Of a DNA stretch of 64,000 nucleotides, positions 21,992 through 30,773 are shown in pieces. Location of the stretch: NCBI GenBank assembly GCA_963730605.1, contig CAVSSM010000001.1:416001-480000 (forward strand), in the 5' to 3' direction. Within the stretch, counting starts at the first letter, position 1. Every line of letters starts with the position of its first letter. Made by a program: the position numbers and the translations under genes. The notes under the pieces were generated by a model, which ran no database searches, was not told where the DNA came from, and saw nothing but the letters and a program-made list of their open reading frames with translations. The stretch comes from an uncultured Chlamydiae bacterium. Lineage in GTDB: Bacteria > Chlamydiota > Chlamydiia > Chlamydiales > SM23-39.

Positions 21992-22450
21992 TTAGGAAAC
22001 TCCGGATACCTTTGCCGCTGCACAACAAGTCATGCAACCAGCATATCCTGCCGGAGTTAACAAGAAAGCAGTGCAAGTAGCCTGAGCCGCTGCAGCTTTA
22101 GCATCGGCAGCTGCTCCAGTTTGGTCATTAGTAAAAAATTTAATTCCCGCTGTGAGTAGATTAGTCGCGGCCCGCCCACCCCCTGCAATGGGATTGCTGC
22201 AAATAGTAGGACAATCAAAAGCTATCCCTAGAGCTGGTCCAACCACTTTTCCCAATACCTCTACAGACAGTTTTCCATTTTCCATCACTTCTTTTGTCTT
22301 GGTTTTGACAATTTCCGCTCCTTGTTCGCACGTCTCTACGCAGACCCTTTCTGGAGCGTCATCTTTCCCACCGGGAAGAGGTTCGCAAGCCATTTGGCAG
22401 ACCTGTTTAGTTCCTGGATCTCTTGCTTGTGCCACTGGCAAATTCGACAT
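21992..22450 (-). CDS. Cys/Ala/Gly-rich hypothetical protein with four CxxxC motifs
   Basis: CQMAC, CVETC, CPTIC, CMTCC in a 152-aa ORF. Confidence 0.65.
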   Translation of the reverse strand: MSNLPVAQARDPGTKQVCQMACEPLPGGKDDAPERVCVETCEQGAEIVKTKTKEVMENGKLSVEVLGKVVGPALGIAFDCPTICSNPIAGGGRAATNLLTAGIKFFTNDQTGAAADAKAAAAQATCTAFLLTPAGYAGCMTCCAAAKVSGVS

Positions 22451-22469
22451 GGCGTTTTCGGTATAGAAC

Positions 22470-22509
22470 CAGGTGGTTGCACGCTATGAATTTATTTTTT
22501 GTCCAGTAC
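22470..22509 (+). mobile_element. Isolated IS4 terminus
   Basis: CAGGTGGTTGCACGCTATGAATTTATTTTTTGTCC is the reverse complement of ~110-143. Confidence 0.8.
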
Positions 22510-22516
22510 GACAAAG

Positions 22517-22564
22517 GGCAATCGGACGCTTTTAGAACTTTTGATTGGAAAAAATTTAAATGAA
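22517..22564 (+). repeat. Conserved att-like box M2
   Basis: GGCAATCGGACGCTTTTAGAACTTTTGATTGGAAAAA. Confidence 0.7.
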
Positions 22565-22664
22565 AAATTTATAACCATGCCGAAATTGTATTAACTATTT
22601 TAATCGTTTAAATAAAACACAATTAATGATATCGTGCAGATTAAATAAAAAAAGGAGCAGATAT

Positions 22665-23639
22665 ATGCAAGCAATTGAAATGAATATTGTACACAACGAT
22701 CTTATCTCTGATACGAGCTCTGATCAGCGCATTGCAGAACCATTGATTGCTACAGAAGCTGGCACATACTCTAAAGCCTCCGCAAGAAGAATAAGAATCG
22801 AATCTCAATCAGCACAATCGAGAATCGAAGATCAAATTGCTTGTGGTGGAGATCTCCCTCTCAATAAGGAAAATGCAAAGCGACGATTGCAGTACTTAGA
22901 TCAAATAATCGCAAAATCTTTTGGCGAATATTCCAATGCTTTAGTATTCATATACACATACGAAAAATTAGCCCTTCATATTTACTTGGGAAATACAGCT
23001 GAAGCAGTAGCTTGTTTATCAAAGCTGCAGGAACTAGAGAACGTCCAACCTTGTTCTGACGATGAGGACGACGTATTTATAGAAGGAAAAACTGCGCATG
23101 CTTTATTAGGTTGGGCAGCAGGCGATGGTACAGCTGAAGTAATGGACCTCGCAACATTCCCTGATCCGGTAACCCTTTTATTGTTAAAAGCAAAAGGCAT
23201 TCCGCTCCCTGAACCATACTTTTCTGTTGATGACTCTTTTACTGGCAACAAAGAAATCGATGAAAAACTTTTTTCTCGCAATTACCAAGAAGCACTCACA
23301 CTCTTAGACAAACAGCTAAAGGGCAACAAACTATTTGTGCTAGATCGAGAGATCTTCTTGCAAGCACGGGGTTTGTGTAAAGCAATATTGGACGATTATG
23401 AAGGAGCGCTTCAAGATTATAATGAAATTATAGATTCTCATCCATCTTTTAATATCCAAGAACTCCCATTAATTCGTGGCTTGATTCATTTCTTAAATAA
23501 CGATCCGGAAAAAGCTCGAATCGATATCTGGCCTCCTCTCAAAGAAGAAATGACACTACACGATTATTTTTGGAAAAAATTTAACCAGATCAATGATAAT
23601 TTGTCAGGATTCGCGATCGTAAAAATTCTCGATCTCTAG
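22665..23639 (+). CDS. TPR-like repeat protein
   Basis: [32 protein letters not shown] and [18 protein letters not shown] are TPR-like. Confidence 0.7.
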   Translation: MQAIEMNIVHNDLISDTSSDQRIAEPLIATEAGTYSKASARRIRIESQSAQSRIEDQIACGGDLPLNKENAKRRLQYLDQIIAKSFGEYSNALVFIYTYEKLALHIYLGNTAEAVACLSKLQELENVQPCSDDEDDVFIEGKTAHALLGWAAGDGTAEVMDLATFPDPVTLLLLKAKGIPLPEPYFSVDDSFTGNKEIDEKLFSRNYQEALTLLDKQLKGNKLFVLDREIFLQARGLCKAILDDYEGALQDYNEIIDSHPSFNIQELPLIRGLIHFLNNDPEKARIDIWPPLKEEMTLHDYFWKKFNQINDNLSGFAIVKILDL

Positions 23640-23644
23640 CAGTT

Positions 23645-24801
23645 GTGCTTCATTCCAGATCGAATAGCTCCGACCTCCTGCGCTGGGATACGGGGGTCAT
23701 GTTTGCCCGGAGTTACGTCTTACAGCTGAGCGACAACATCAAGCGAAGCAAGGAACAGGCGGCTAAGTCGGGAGCTTGGATCGGGCAGGCCCCGATTGGT
23801 TACAAACATTCGGTTGATGAGAAGGGCGGCAAAACGATCGTCCTCGATCCCGAAAGAGCCCCTCTCATCCGCAAACTCTTTGATCTCTATGCAACAGGTA
23901 AAACTATTCCCTTCTCGCCCTTAAAGAAGAAGCGGAAAAAATGGGGTTGAGAACGAAAAGAGGACAGAAGGTAGCGAAGTCCCAGATCGATGACATTCTC
24001 AAAAATTCCTTTTACTGCGGCACGATGGAAAGCAAATATGGGACCATCCAACATCGCTATGAGGCTCTCATCTCCCCTTCTCTTTTTCATCAAGTTCAGA
24101 ATGTAACCGCGGGATTCCATAAGAAGCCTTTTAAAGCGCTTAACGAACCCTTTGTCCTTCGAGGTATGGTCACTTGCGCCCATTGCGGCTGTTTGATCAC
24201 TCCCGAGATTAAGAAAAAAAGATACCTGTATTACAGCTGTACCAATGCGAAAGGGAACTGCAACCGGATCTATGTTAGGGAAGAGCCACTGGTCGATTCT
24301 TTGTCATCGTATTTTGACCAAATAGCTTTAAGCCAATCTCAGATCGATGAGGTAACGGGGTATTTGAAAGAGATCCATGACACCGAGAATCGATTCCACA
24401 AAGAGTGTATGGATAACCTCCGAAGAGAACAGGAAAAAATTCAAAAACGTCTCAGCCAGATGTACGATGACAAGCTGGACGGGCTGATCGACGAAGCCAT
24501 GTATCTCGACAAGATCCGGACTTACAAGGCTCGCCAGGCCGAAATCTTGGAAGAGATGGGGCGCCACCACGATGCTGATGAGAACTTCTACGTGACGGCC
24601 AACATGGTGATGAACCTGGCTGCTCGCTCCCGAGAAATCTTCCTGAGTTCTGAAGTGACCGAAAAACGCCAAATTTTAAATTTGGTATTTCAGAACTTGC
24701 AATTGAATGATCAGAAAAACCTGATTCTCGAGGTAAAAGAGCCGTTTTTAACCATGATAGGGATCAAAAACGGCACCATTCGTCCGATTGATTGCCGGTG
24801 A
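23645..24801 (+). pseudogene. Large serine recombinase lacking the catalytic N-terminus, frameshifted near 23905
   Basis: [28 protein letters not shown], zinc ribbon CAHCG...YYSC...C, coiled coil; stop codon lies inside the tRNA-Leu repeat. Confidence 0.9.
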
Positions 24802-24937
24802 CCGGACTCACCCTCGGCGGGCGAGCGAAGCGCTCGCCCCGTCATCTCGGGCTCCGATTCGGTCGCCATCGAGACGCCGGTCGCCCTCATTTCTCGTCCT
24901 AAAAACGATCCCCCGGACCGTTTTTTCACCGGCAAAA
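24792..24937. other. tRNA-Leu-3'-end-bounded fold-back element, copy B (includes a perfect 18-bp att core 24792-24809)
   Basis: TTGCCGGTGACCGGACTC identical to 27103-27120; inverted TCACCGGCAA at 24926-24935; perfect 9-bp hairpin 24819-24839. Confidence 0.85.
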
Positions 24938-24975
24938 TTGGGCCGATGGACTAACAGGACAATAACTTCAATTTT

Positions 24976-25025
24976 GCAGGCAATCGGACGTAATCAGAAC
25001 TTTCGACTAGAAAAAGCTCAAAGAA
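24976..25025 (+). repeat. Conserved att-like box M3
   Basis: GCAGGCAATCGGACGTAATCAGAACTTTCGACTAGAAAAAGCTCAAAGAA. Confidence 0.8.
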
Positions 25026-25241
25026 AAGCTTACAATTTTTTTATACAACACACGAACCTATCCTCCAATTCTTAATGATTCATTTATGGTCGATTTTGAG
25101 GCGATTTTTCGTCGTCGACCGCCCGAAGTAAATATCGGGACGGTGATCTTTACGAGGGCGGAGGCGCGAAAAGCGCCCAAAAGCGTGCCGTAAAGGGATC
25201 GTGAAGAATTGGAGGATAGGTTCACCTGTAATATCAAGTAT

Positions 25242-26135
25242 ATGCCTATGGATCAAGCCGATGAGTCGATCTTAGTTCCCTCTTCTCCCTCTTTTGAATC
25301 TCTCAAAAAGCATAACCAGCATGGCATGGAATATTGGAGCGCGCGAGATCTTCAGCCTTGCCTCGGGTATTCTCAGTGGCGTCGTTTTGAAAATGCGATC
25401 AAAAAAGCTATGGAATCTTGTAAACAGTCAGGAAACAACCCCGATGATCACTTTGCCGGCGCCGGCAAACCGATCCCTGGCGGCAAAGGATCGTCTCAAG
25501 TAGTTGATGATTACCATCTTTCGCGCTTTGCCTGCTATCTCATCGCTCAAAATGGAGATCCCAGAAAACCAGAAATCGCCCAAGCCCAAAAATACTTCGC
25601 GATTCAGACCCGCCGCCAGGAAATCTCCGATCAAATGGCTGCCGATATGGAACGGGTTGAGATGAGAAATCAAGCATCAGCGGAGTTTAAAGCTTTGTCT
25701 GGGGCCGCTCGAGAGGCTGGCGTTCAAAACGCTATGTTTGGCATCTTCCATGACGCTGGCTACAAGGGGCTTTATGGTGGATTGGGAGTTGATGCAATCA
25801 AATCTCGCAAAGGGATTGCCCAAAAAGAACAACTCATGGATCGAATGGATACGACCGAATTGGCTGCCAATCAGTTTCGAATGACACAAACGCGAGAAAA
25901 GTTAAAACGGGAAAATATCAAAAATCAAAGAGATGCGATAGAAACTCATGAAATGATAGGTAAAGGGGTGCGTACCCTAATCGAAGAATTTGGCGGCACT
26001 CCTCCTGAACATATTCCTCCAGCTGAGTCCATCAAAAAAATTGAGAAACGATTGAAAGCTACCCAACCTCGATTAACCCTCGATCCTAAAGATACACTAG
26101 GCGTCCAGGATCATTCAGAGATCAGCGAAGAATAA
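25242..26135 (+). CDS. dinD: DNA-damage-inducible protein D (BRO-N-like)
   Basis: EYWSARDLQPCLGYSQWRRF, YHLSRFACYLIAQNGDPRKPEIAQAQKYFAIQTRRQE, ELAANQFRMTQ. Confidence 0.92.
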   Translation: MPMDQADESILVPSSPSFESLKKHNQHGMEYWSARDLQPCLGYSQWRRFENAIKKAMESCKQSGNNPDDHFAGAGKPIPGGKGSSQVVDDYHLSRFACYLIAQNGDPRKPEIAQAQKYFAIQTRRQEISDQMAADMERVEMRNQASAEFKALSGAAREAGVQNAMFGIFHDAGYKGLYGGLGVDAIKSRKGIAQKEQLMDRMDTTELAANQFRMTQTREKLKRENIKNQRDAIETHEMIGKGVRTLIEEFGGTPPEHIPPAESIKKIEKRLKATQPRLTLDPKDTLGVQDHSEISEE

Positions 26136-26174
26136 TTTTGGCTCGGGGAAAACCAATGAATGTGAGACACATTA

Positions 26175-26678
26175 TTAGTGGTCTTCACTCGAATTTATAA
26201 GATCCTTTTTCTTGATGTAAAAGTTAGTTTTTGAGCCACCGCTGTCGTTTAATGTATAAATTCCAAAGTTTTTACAGGCATTCAAACCAATAATTGTATT
26301 TGGAATGATCCTGATTTCGTAGAAATTTCCACAAGAATTCTTCTTATTTATTTCTGCAAATTCTGAATCAGTGGCTACTACTTTGATTGCAGCATTTGAG
26401 TCTAGAGATGTCAATATGTCAGGATTGACGGATTTTAGGAAGGCATCGAGGTCGTTTTTGAGGGTCCTATTTAGTTCCTCGTTTCGGCCCTTGCCAAGGT
26501 TGCATAGAACGCAAAGGGTTTGAAGATTTGATAAGTCGTTTATGCCTCCTTTTGCAACAGGAATGATGTGGTCAACGTGCAATTCGACGCCAGATTTGCC
26601 GCAAATTTTACACGTATAAAGATCTCTCTTCCATACCTCCAGCCGCTTTTTTGGTCCTATGTATTCTCTTTTGCCCAT
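26175..26678 (-). CDS. HNH endonuclease
   Basis: RDLYTCKICG, LHVDHIIPVAKGG, NLQTLCVLCNLGKG. Confidence 0.92.
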   Translation of the reverse strand: MGKREYIGPKKRLEVWKRDLYTCKICGKSGVELHVDHIIPVAKGGINDLSNLQTLCVLCNLGKGRNEELNRTLKNDLDAFLKSVNPDILTSLDSNAAIKVVATDSEFAEINKKNSCGNFYEIRIIPNTIIGLNACKNFGIYTLNDSGGSKTNFYIKKKDLINSSEDH

Positions 26679-26728
26679 TCTTCAATATGATTTATATATG
26701 CTAAGAAAGCAAAAAAAGCGCCTTCTTT

Positions 26729-27072
26729 TTTTTGCTGGTGACCGGGCTCCTTTCGCGCGGGCACACGAAACGTGTGTCCCGTCTGGCGAAAGCCGCTTCC
26801 CATACCAACGATGATGCATCGTTCCCGGGCGACGGCGGTGATCCTCAATTTACTTCGACTTGGATCAGGGGAAGGGGCTTCGCCTCGCTCCCTTCCCCTA
26901 GCCCCTTTCCCCGCACGCGTGTACTTCGTCACGCGTGGGACGCCCTCGTGCACGGGCTTCGCCTGTTGCTGCCGGGCCGGCGATCCTCCCCGGTTTTGCC
27001 AAGGGCAAAACATCGGAGAGGATTCGAGTCCAGTACGGAAGCCGCACTGGCGGCTTCCTCACTCGGCAAAAA
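26729..27072. other. tRNA-Leu-3'-end-bounded fold-back element, copy C
   Basis: TTGCTGGTGACCGGGCTC (16/18 to core) ... TCACTCGGCAAAAA; at least seven internal hairpins. Confidence 0.85.
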
Positions 27073-27074
27073 TG

Positions 27075-27103
27075 AAAAAGCCCCGCTAAAGCGGGGCTAT
27101 TTT
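27075..27103. terminator. Bidirectional intrinsic terminator after tRNA-Leu
   Basis: AAAAAGCCCCGC-TAAA-GCGGGGCTATTTT. Confidence 0.8.
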
Positions 27104-27186
27104 TGCCGGTGACCGGACTCGAACCAGCACTCAATTGCTTGAAGTAGATTTTGAGTCTACCGCGGCTACCATTACGCCACACCGGC
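27104..27186 (-). tRNA. tRNA-Leu(CAA)
   Basis: Acceptor GCCGGTG/CACCGGC, anticodon arm GTAGA-CTCAAAA-TCTAC, long variable arm, GGTTCGAGTCC; no encoded CCA. Confidence 0.97.
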
Positions 27187-27242
27187 TTGAAAATAAAGCG
27201 CTCATGATAGTCCAGATAGCCCTTTTATAGAAAGAAGTCTCA

Positions 27243-27418
27243 GAGACTGTACACAAACTCAGGTGGCAACAAGTGGCTGAGCGAGACAAAGTCAGATCGA
27301 AGGAGCGAAGCTCCAGTTCGAGCGAGGAAGACATTCTTGAATACGAAGGATTCCGAGCGAGAATCGATATGGCAAAGTCGCAGCCAGCCAATTGTCACCC
27401 GAGTTTGTGTACAGTCTC
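27243..27418. mobile_element. MITE / palindromic element
   Basis: TIR GAGACTGTACACAAACTC/GAGTTTGTGTACAGTCTC, TCA on both flanks, no transposase. Confidence 0.85.
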
Positions 27419-27452
27419 TCAAGTCTCCGACAATAAAAGGTTTCAAAGAAAT

Positions 27453-28301
27453 TCATGGGGAACCCCGCGGATAGCCTTGGTTCGCCTTGGCCCATTCGTA
27501 AACCACCCTCTCCTTGCGCTCCTTGTCGAAACGAACCTGGAGTGTGATATAGGCGTGCGGATGGCGGTTGTCCTCGTCGCGTCCCTCCTCTTTCCGGAAC
27601 ACCCTGATAAAAATTTCTTTATTCATCCAAGGCTGGATGGCAGCGGCAGCGTCTGATTTGTCATATCGCTTGAATTCAAGGTATTCCCGATCCTTGTTAT
27701 AGAGAGGCGTTTCTTGATAATACTGCATGAGGAGGCCTGCGATCTCCAGCGTTCGGTCTTCCATCCCTTGGACATAAAAATCGACCTCCGCGCCAATCTG
27801 ATGCTTCGAAAAGCGGTTTTCCTTGGAAGCGTCAGAATAGGTATTGTGCTGGGGACACCTATGCCCGCAGGTGACGACCACTCGCTTGCCCGTCTTCTTC
27901 TGGATGTAATTGAGCAGGTCGATCAAAATCGGATAAACCCCCTCCTTGCCGGCAATGATGGGCAGGCCATGGCGGCCGCTCCCCTCGCAGTCTAGGATCG
28001 GCTCTCTATCGACTATAAGGAGAGGCGGATTGACCGGATTCCCCTTGCATCGGAAATATTCCCTCGTGATCCGAGGTAGGTTCGCCTCCGCTTCCCAGGG
28101 ATAGATGGAGCGAGGCGTATGGGCAGGAGCCGCAAGAAGATAAAAACAATCTCCCTGGTTCCGGTAGATCGTTTCGGCCTTGCAATTGCGGCGGCGCAGC
28201 TTCTCTCTCTCAGACTGTTCCAAGCGGCCGCAGCCAAGAGTGAGGCAGATTATTCCAAGATAGACTATAGACCCGAATAGGGAGAGGCGGGAGCCTGTCA
28301 T
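27453..28301 (-). CDS. Chlamydial lipoprotein with peptidase-M15-like motif
   Basis: Lipobox-like LTLGC; TCGHRCPQHN and SKHQIGAEVDF (H-x6-D). Start uncertain. Confidence 0.7.
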   Translation of the reverse strand: MTGSRLSLFGSIVYLGIICLTLGCGRLEQSEREKLRRRNCKAETIYRNQGDCFYLLAAPAHTPRSIYPWEAEANLPRITREYFRCKGNPVNPPLLIVDREPILDCEGSGRHGLPIIAGKEGVYPILIDLLNYIQKKTGKRVVVTCGHRCPQHNTYSDASKENRFSKHQIGAEVDFYVQGMEDRTLEIAGLLMQYYQETPLYNKDREYLEFKRYDKSDAAAAIQPWMNKEIFIRVFRKEEGRDEDNRHPHAYITLQVRFDKERKERVVYEWAKANQGYPRGSP

Positions 28302-29418
28302 GTCTGAATTTGTTGTCAAAAACCATCCGCCAAAGCGAGCTGAAGATACGTTACAAGACGCTTGCCCCCCTGTCAATAAAGAGCTGGCTCAATGCTGCCT
28401 TTTCCTGAATGAGGCCCTCAAAAATGTCCAGGATGCCTTTATGTTCATCAATCTCTCTGGGACACTCCTCGTTGCCAATGAGGCAGCCTCTAAATTCTTT
28501 TCCCTGCCGGCCGTTCCTGTGGGGCGAAAATTTTGGGATCTCTTTGCCGATGACTATTTCGGTTTTTCGATGAGGGAATCACTGGCATTCGGCCTAGCAC
28601 GCCGCCTCATCTATAAAAGCCATAGGCCCTTAGAACTGGAAATATCGGCCTCCTTCCTTTTTGTTGGGCCGCTTTTTGCCCATGGCCTTGCCCTCATTGC
28701 TCGCGATATCAGCGAGCGGCTGCGGCTGCAGGCGAGAGGCCATCAGAATGACCGAATGAGAGACTTAGGCATTATGGCGGCTCAAGTGGCTCATGAGATT
28801 CGCAACTCGCTGGGAGGGATCCGGGGATTTGCGTCGCTACTCTCTCGCGATCTTCGCGAAGAGCCCCATTTGAAGGAGATGGCCGCAGCGATTATCGAAG
28901 GGACCAAGGCGTTGGAAAAACTCGTGGCGGGACTCCTCCATTACGCCCGGCCCATCCAGCTTCAGCCAGAGACAAAAGATCTCAGAGTCTTGATCAAGGA
29001 GACCGCCAAATTCGCTGAGGTGGATCCGTCGTTTCCTCCTTCGGTGAAAATGACGCTCCATATCCCCAACGATCCGGCCTTAGCGCCTGTCGACGGCCAA
29101 GCGTTCAAATCCGCTCTTTTGAATCTGATCTTCAACGCGGTGCAAGCGATGCCCGATGGAGGCCGCCTAACTCTTTCACTGCTTAAAGTAGAAGGGTGCT
29201 GTCAAATCGAGGTCGCCGATACGGGGATCGGGATGGACTCGGACACTCTCGAGCATCTTTTTTCTCCCTTTTTCACGACAAAGAAAAAGGGAAACGGCCT
29301 CGGGCTTGTCGAAACAGAAAAAATCGTAAAAGCGCATAGAGGCTCGATCGATGTCCGCTCTCAAATTGGAAGGGGATCTACCTTCACCATCACATTGCCT
29401 CTAAGGAGAGGGACATGA
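28300..29418 (+). CDS. ctcB: PAS sensor histidine kinase (CtcB/AtoS)
   Basis: H-box AHEIRNSLGG, NLIFNAVQA, DTGIG, FFTTKKKGNGLGL. Confidence 0.9.
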   Translation: MSEFVVKNHPPKRAEDTLQDACPPVNKELAQCCLFLNEALKNVQDAFMFINLSGTLLVANEAASKFFSLPAVPVGRKFWDLFADDYFGFSMRESLAFGLARRLIYKSHRPLELEISASFLFVGPLFAHGLALIARDISERLRLQARGHQNDRMRDLGIMAAQVAHEIRNSLGGIRGFASLLSRDLREEPHLKEMAAAIIEGTKALEKLVAGLLHYARPIQLQPETKDLRVLIKETAKFAEVDPSFPPSVKMTLHIPNDPALAPVDGQAFKSALLNLIFNAVQAMPDGGRLTLSLLKVEGCCQIEVADTGIGMDSDTLEHLFSPFFTTKKKGNGLGLVETEKIVKAHRGSIDVRSQIGRGSTFTITLPLRRGT

Positions 29419-30753
29419 TTGAAAAAATACTCGTCGCAGACGACGATCCCCTGATGCTCCGCTTCATTGCCGAGACGCTGCGGCGCCGCGGGAAAGAAGT
29501 GTCTACCGCCAAAAATGGCTTTGAGGCGATCCGGATGATGGAGATAGAGCCCTACGATTTGCTCATAAGCGACGTGAGGATGCCTGTGAAAAGCGGCGTC
29601 GAGGTCATGTTGGCCATGAAAAAACTCCATCCCTACGGCCTCTCCATATTGATGACAGCTCACGGCAGTATCGAAGCCGCTGTCGAGGCGATACGCCTCG
29701 GGGCGTTCAACTACCTTTTGAAGCCGTTTTCTCCCGATGCTCTCGAGACGGCCGTGCAAAAAGCCGAAGAGCATGTGCGGCTGGTCAAAGAGAACCGGTT
29801 TCTGAAAGAGGAAAAGGATTTCCGCTTAGTGGCCAAAAGCGCTGAGATGCAGCGGATCGTCCAGGATTTGGAAAAGATTGCTCGTTCGAACGCCAGTGTT
29901 TTCATCACAGGAGAATCAGGCACAGGCAAAGAGGTCGTTGCGGCAGAGATCCACCGCCGCTCCATCCGTTCGTCCTCTCCATTCATCAAAGTCAACTGCG
30001 CAGCCATCCCCGAAACCCTCGTCGAATCTGAATTTTTTGGACATGAACGGGGGGCCTTTACCGGCGCCGTCGTAAAAAAGACGGGGCGTTTCGAGCTCGC
30101 CGACAAAGGGACCCTTTTCCTCGATGAAGTGACCGAAATCCCTATCGTTTTACAGCCAAAACTCCTCCGAGCAATCCAAGAGCAAGAATTCGAACGGGTG
30201 GGAGGAACAAAGCCGGTCAAAGTGAACGTCCGGTTTCTTGCCGCCTCGAACCGGAGCGTGCAGGAAGCGATCGAGACCAAGACGCTGCGAGACGACCTTT
30301 ACTATCGCTTAAGCGTCATACCAATCCATATCCCTCCGCTAAGAGCCCGCACTGAAGATATTTTGCCCTTAGCTCTCCATTTTCTTGAAAAAGCCTGCGC
30401 GGAAAACCATAAACCAGCCAAAACCTTTACCGAAAGAGCGGTCGAGAAATTACTCAAATACTCTTGGCCAGGCAACGCGAGGGAACTCTCGAACATCATC
30501 GAGAGAACCGTCAGTGCTCGACTTCGATCCGGTCATCGATGCAGAGCATCTCTATTTGGAGCGGGAAGAAAAGCCGCCCGGAAAAGACATTTGTCCAGGA
30601 ATTACGCTACACGAATTGGAAAAGCGGCTGATTTTGGACACCTTCGAAGCGTATCATCAAAACCGAACGAAAACGGCATCTGTTCTCGGCATTAGTGTCC
30701 GCACTCTCAGGAACAAACTGCACGAATACGGCCTCGAGGGCAACGGGTTTTAG
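29415..30753 (+). CDS. ctcC: Sigma54-dependent response regulator (CtcC/AtoC), apparent +1 frameshift near 30513
   Basis: Receiver domain, GESGTGKE, GAFTGA, WPGNAREL; the Fis-HTH (LGISVRTLRNKL) is in another frame. Confidence 0.9.
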
Positions 30754-30773
30754 AACAATACTTGACGTACTAT

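Noticed and set aside
26729..27072. Known structural RNA (tmRNA, RNase P, SRP, group I/II intron) or intact tRNA
   Set aside because: No tag-peptide frame, RNase P GAGGAAAGTCC motif, anticodon arm or intron boundary motifs were recognisable by eye; an Rfam search is still needed.
12317..27100. Classical integron
   Set aside because: No tyrosine integrase and no RYYYAAC...GTTRRRY attC ends; only the architecture is analogous.
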